In this document: one piece after another, positions 60,479 through 64,000 of the stretch | Layout of the letters: each line of letters begins with the position of its first letter | Position numbering within the stretch: the stretch's first letter is position 1 | Assembly (NCBI GenBank): GCA_018645365.1 | Contig: JABGOP010000001.1 | Coordinates: forward strand, 80,118 to 144,117 | Origin: Candidatus Cloacimonadota bacterium | GTDB lineage: Bacteria; Cloacimonadota; Cloacimonadia; Cloacimonadales; TCS61 | DNA length: 64,000 bases | Direction: 5' to 3' | Notes under the pieces: generated by a model | Databases searched by the model: none | What the model was told of the DNA's origin: nothing | Seen by the model: only the letters and a program-made list of their open reading frames with translations | Position numbers and translations under genes: made by a program

Positions 60479-61291
60479 ATGTTATCATTAGACTGGAAAG
60501 ATAGATTAAAAAAAGATACAGTCGATTTTTTCGAACGAAAATTACCGAGTGGCGATTATGATATCGACATAATTTACAACGCCTACCCGGAGAGAATAGA
60601 TGGTCATGTTCCGCATGCGGTCATCACTTTTGTGGGAAAAATTATCGCCACAAAAATTCAGAAAAAGGCGGATCAGTATGTAGGTTTTCTTGATTATTTA
60701 ATCACAAAAAAAGGTGAAAATGGTAATATTATTTTTGCCCATATTTTGAACAAATCAATTAAAAATAATCCACTTTTTTTTCTACCGTACATCGAAAAGA
60801 CACTCTTTAGTTTAGAGGAACAAAAAACTTGTAATTTGATTATAAACAAAGTTTTTTATCCGCTTTTCACAAAAAATCCAGAACAATATTTGGACACAAT
60901 TATAGGCTGGTTAAAAAAAGATGATGAAATTTTAACTGAAAGTGTTGATAATATTTTGAAAAAATTCATAAAAAGTCGTCCTGATATGATTAAGCAAATT
61001 TTCGGAAAATTAGAAAACCTGTGGCTTTACGCTTCACCACAAATTTCAAAATTGAATGTGCATTTCCTCAAAAAAATCTACGATGTTGACCGTGATTTTT
61101 ATCATTCTATTTTTGCGAATTATAAAAATACGAGAAATCCTACTTTCGCACATATTTTGTGTGATGCTATCGTTTGCCACTCCGATGAAATTCAAATAAT
61201 GGTAGACAATTGGTCGCGAAGTGGAAACATCAAATTAAAAAAAATCGGACAACACGGTCAAAAAATTCTCAAAAAGCAAAAGAGGAAATAA
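60479..61291 (+). CDS. hypothetical helical (HEAT/armadillo-like?) protein
   Basis: 270-aa ORF with a good RBS (AGGAGA). No signal peptide and no motif recognised. Confidence 0.5.
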   Translation: MLSLDWKDRLKKDTVDFFERKLPSGDYDIDIIYNAYPERIDGHVPHAVITFVGKIIATKIQKKADQYVGFLDYLITKKGENGNIIFAHILNKSIKNNPLFFLPYIEKTLFSLEEQKTCNLIINKVFYPLFTKNPEQYLDTIIGWLKKDDEILTESVDNILKKFIKSRPDMIKQIFGKLENLWLYASPQISKLNVHFLKKIYDVDRDFYHSIFANYKNTRNPTFAHILCDAIVCHSDEIQIMVDNWSRSGNIKLKKIGQHGQKILKKQKRK

Positions 61292-61292
61292 C

Positions 61293-61763
61293 ATGGCAAA
61301 TTATATTACAAAAGAGGGAATGTTGCGGCTTAAAAATAAAATGCAACAATTGATTGCGGAACGACCCTCAATCATAAAGCAAGTCGTAACCGCCCGAGAA
61401 ATGGGCGATTTGAGCGAAAACGCAGAATATCACGCCGCCCGAGAACGACAACGCAATCTCGAAAATGACTATAATCGTCTCAAGGGTCGTATCGAAAAAT
61501 TACAGGTTTTAGATATTTCTAAAATCGCGAAAAATGCAGTTCGATTTGGTGCAAAAGTTACGGTAGAAGAATTGACAACTGGAAAAATCAAGAAATTATT
61601 TTTGGTCGGAGTTGATGAAATCTACGAAACAAAAGGTGATTACGAACGCACGTCCGTTCTGTCGCCAATCGGCAAAGCAATGATCGGCAAAAAAGTTGGT
61701 AATGATTACACCGTGAAAGCTCCTGTGGGAGACAAATATTTTAAAATTTTAGAAATTATTTAA
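61293..61763 (+). CDS. greA: transcription elongation factor GreA
   Basis: ITKEGMLRLKNKMQQL...AREMGDLSENAEYHAARERQ, plus a C-terminal FKBP-like domain. Confidence 0.93.
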   Translation: MANYITKEGMLRLKNKMQQLIAERPSIIKQVVTAREMGDLSENAEYHAARERQRNLENDYNRLKGRIEKLQVLDISKIAKNAVRFGAKVTVEELTTGKIKKLFLVGVDEIYETKGDYERTSVLSPIGKAMIGKKVGNDYTVKAPVGDKYFKILEII

Positions 61764-61773
61764 AAGGAAAATT

Positions 61774-63177
61774 ATGACAAAATTTAGTGATTTAGAAAAA
61801 AAGTTAACTTATTCTCGTAAAAACTTTTGGAACGAAGCTTCCAAAAAAGAACAAAAAAAAGCATTTGATTTTTCGAAGGGTTACAAATCTTTTTTAGATG
61901 AAGCAAAAACTGAACGCGAATCAATTAAATTTTTTGAAAAAAAATTAGAAAATTTGGGATTTACCAATTTCAAAAACAATAAAGTTTACCGTATCTCACG
62001 CAATAAAAACGCCGCTATCGCTGTCATCGGCAAAAAACCCATTGCTGATGGAGTAAATTTAATCGTTTCACACATAGACGCCCCTCGTGTTGACTTAAAG
62101 CAAAATCCGCTTTATGAAGATAGTTCCATCAAGTTTGGCATGATGAAAACACATTATTACGGCGGAATCAAAAAATATCAGTGGGTCTCCACACCTTTGG
62201 CATTGCACGGTGTTTTCGTCAAACAAAATGGGGAAGTTGTCAATGTTTCAATCGGTGAAGATGAAAACGACCCTGTTTTTGTGATGCCAGATTTATTGCC
62301 ACATTTAGCGAGAAAAGCCCAATATACACAAAAAATTGGAGATGCTATCAACGCTGGAAAAATGAATCTTGTTTTCAATTCCATTCCATTCAAAAATGAT
62401 GATGATAAGGTTAAAAATGCAATTAAATTAAATGCGCTTCATCTTTTGAATGAAAAATATGGCGTCATCGAAGCAAATTTTTTAAGTGCAGAATTGGAAC
62501 TCGTGCCAGCTGGAAAAGCACGTGATGTCGGCATCGACAGAAGTTTCGTTTTAGGATATGGACAAGATGATAGAATTTGTGCATACACTTCAGCGGAAGC
62601 AATTTTTAATATGAAAGATAGCGAAAAAACAGCCATTGTCTATCTTGCCGATAAAGAAGAGATTGGAAGCGACGGAAATACTGGTGCAAAATCTATTTTT
62701 ATCGTAGATTTTATTGCAGACTTACTCCATCATAATGGTGAAAAATCTGACAGCAAAACACTGCGTAAAACCCTCATTAAGAGCCAAATTTTATCGGCAG
62801 ATGTAAATGCTGGCATCAATCCAAACTACCCAGATGTGCATGAAAAAGAAAATGCGGTTCACCTCGGGTTTGGCGTAAGCGTAACCAAGTTTACTGGCTC
62901 CGGCGGAAAAGGTGGCTCAAACGATGCAAATGCAGAATTTAATGCTAAAATAATTTCCATTTTTAACGCTGAAAAGGTCAACTGGCAAATTGGTGCATTA
63001 GGTAAAGTTGATGAAGGTGGAGGTGGCACAATCGCTAAATTTATGGCAGAATATGGTGCAGAAGTTATCGACTGCGGACCGGGCTTATTGGGAATGCATT
63101 CCCTTTATGAACTTGCCAGCAAAGCAGATATCTACTCTTCATACAAGGCATATAAAGCATTTTTTGAAAAAGGGTAA
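61774..63177 (+). CDS. M18-family aminopeptidase
   Basis: 467 aa. SHIDAPRVDLK, GQDDRICAY and DKEEIGS blocks are typical of aminopeptidase 1 / M18. Confidence 0.65.
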   Translation: MTKFSDLEKKLTYSRKNFWNEASKKEQKKAFDFSKGYKSFLDEAKTERESIKFFEKKLENLGFTNFKNNKVYRISRNKNAAIAVIGKKPIADGVNLIVSHIDAPRVDLKQNPLYEDSSIKFGMMKTHYYGGIKKYQWVSTPLALHGVFVKQNGEVVNVSIGEDENDPVFVMPDLLPHLARKAQYTQKIGDAINAGKMNLVFNSIPFKNDDDKVKNAIKLNALHLLNEKYGVIEANFLSAELELVPAGKARDVGIDRSFVLGYGQDDRICAYTSAEAIFNMKDSEKTAIVYLADKEEIGSDGNTGAKSIFIVDFIADLLHHNGEKSDSKTLRKTLIKSQILSADVNAGINPNYPDVHEKENAVHLGFGVSVTKFTGSGGKGGSNDANAEFNAKIISIFNAEKVNWQIGALGKVDEGGGGTIAKFMAEYGAEVIDCGPGLLGMHSLYELASKADIYSSYKAYKAFFEKG

Positions 63178-63188
63178 AGGAGGTTATT

Positions 63189-63902
63189 TTGTATAAATAT
63201 CTCATGTTTTTAGGATTAATTGTATTGGGTTGTGCGGAAATAAAACCATCTGCAAATATGACTGCGGACAGAAAAATGCAAATCGCAGACGATTTTTTTC
63301 AAAAAGAAAAATATCATAAAGCAGTACCATTTTATAGTGATTTAGTTTTTGAACGAAATTCCATTTTCACTGCGGAAGCACAAATTAAATTGGCAAATTG
63401 CTATTTTTCCCAAAATAAATTCATGGAAGCAAGATTCGAATACGATGAATTGATGCGACTTTTCCCAGATAGTGAATATGCGGAATACGCACAGTTTCAG
63501 GTTGGGGTTTGCTACTTTAATGAAGCCCAAACTGCCCAATATACCCAAGAAGAAACAAAAATGTCAATTGCTATTTTTGATTCTTTTTTTGAAAAATTTG
63601 CGTACAGTGAATATACCAAAGACGCAATCGACTACATTCGAAAATGCCAATATAGGCTCCTCAAAAAAAAATATCACAATGGTTACATCTACTTCAAACT
63701 GTTCGATTACAGCTCTGCTTTAATGTATTTTGATGAAATTATTGAACTTGGGAATAATGATAATCTGGACAAAATGTCGCGTTATTATAAAATTTTAATC
63801 TCTCATAAAAGAGAAGAAGATGTTACCCAAATGACTAACTCTTTTCTTGGGAAATACCCAAAGAGCAAAGAAGCTGGAAAAATCATTAAAAACATAAAAT
63901 GA
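63189..63902 (+). CDS. bamD: BamD-like TPR lipoprotein (outer membrane protein assembly factor)
   Basis: TTG start 5 nt after AAAGGAGG. Lipobox VLGCA and TPR pattern (YHKAVPFYSDL..., KLANCYFSQNKFMEARFEYDELMRLFPDSEYAEYAQFQVGVCYF). Confidence 0.65.
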   Translation: MYKYLMFLGLIVLGCAEIKPSANMTADRKMQIADDFFQKEKYHKAVPFYSDLVFERNSIFTAEAQIKLANCYFSQNKFMEARFEYDELMRLFPDSEYAEYAQFQVGVCYFNEAQTAQYTQEETKMSIAIFDSFFEKFAYSEYTKDAIDYIRKCQYRLLKKKYHNGYIYFKLFDYSSALMYFDEIIELGNNDNLDKMSRYYKILISHKREEDVTQMTNSFLGKYPKSKEAGKIIKNIK

Positions 63903-64000
63903 AAATCGGGCTTTTCGGCGGTTCATTTAATCCCATTCACAATGGACACATTGCCGTCGCAAAATCTGTTTTCGAGGAGATAGATTTAGACCAAATTTGG
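63899..64000 (+). CDS. nadD: nicotinate-nucleotide adenylyltransferase (5' part, runs off the window)
   Basis: MKIGLFGGSFNPIHNGHIAVAK carries the (T/H)xGH nucleotidyltransferase motif. The ATG overlaps the bamD TGA. Confidence 0.8.
   Translation, partial: MKIGLFGGSFNPIHNGHIAVAKSVFEEIDLDQIW

Overview
AT-rich bacterial chromosomal segment, about one-third G+C by eye, densely packed with about 65 protein-coding genes. I found no rRNA, tRNA, CRISPR array, integrase or transposase. The content is mostly core and envelope genes. These include xseB-ispA-dut, pgsA, ftsK-lolA, ychF, rsmG-parA-parB, a complete F-type ATP synthase operon, efp, greA, bamD and nadD. An alpha-2-macroglobulin/PBP1C pair and three M23 peptidases are also present. 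A short RpoD-family sigma lacking region 1.1, a PorV-like gene beside a T9SS-type C-terminal-domain protease, and DUF4837/DUF3098/DUF4015-like proteins suggest an FCB-superphylum organism, possibly Cloacimonadota-like. That placement is inference only. The best candidates for something unusual are as follows. (1) The atp operon has an extra 248-aa gene made of three fused c-subunit hairpins, and only the last keeps the ion-binding glutamate. It sits next to a normal c subunit with a two-carboxylate Na+-type motif. (2) A five-gene cluster (ferredoxin, geranylgeranyl-reductase-family protein, prenol kinase, polyprenyl-phosphate glycosyltransferase, eukaryote-type UGPase) reads like a dolichol-phosphate-glucose-type carrier pathway. 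(3) One operon joins a membrane-anchored kinase-fold lipoprotein, a sigma-54 activator with a degenerate receiver, a LysM-M23 hydrolase, a MerR regulator and a sigma factor. (4) The largest non-coding gap (436 bp) carries a locally GC-rich, dual-frame mini-ORF patch. (5) Two tandem paralogues have diverged bodies but share a near-identical 3' junction. All calls come from reading the translations and sequence by eye. No database search was run, so novelty cannot be verified here.
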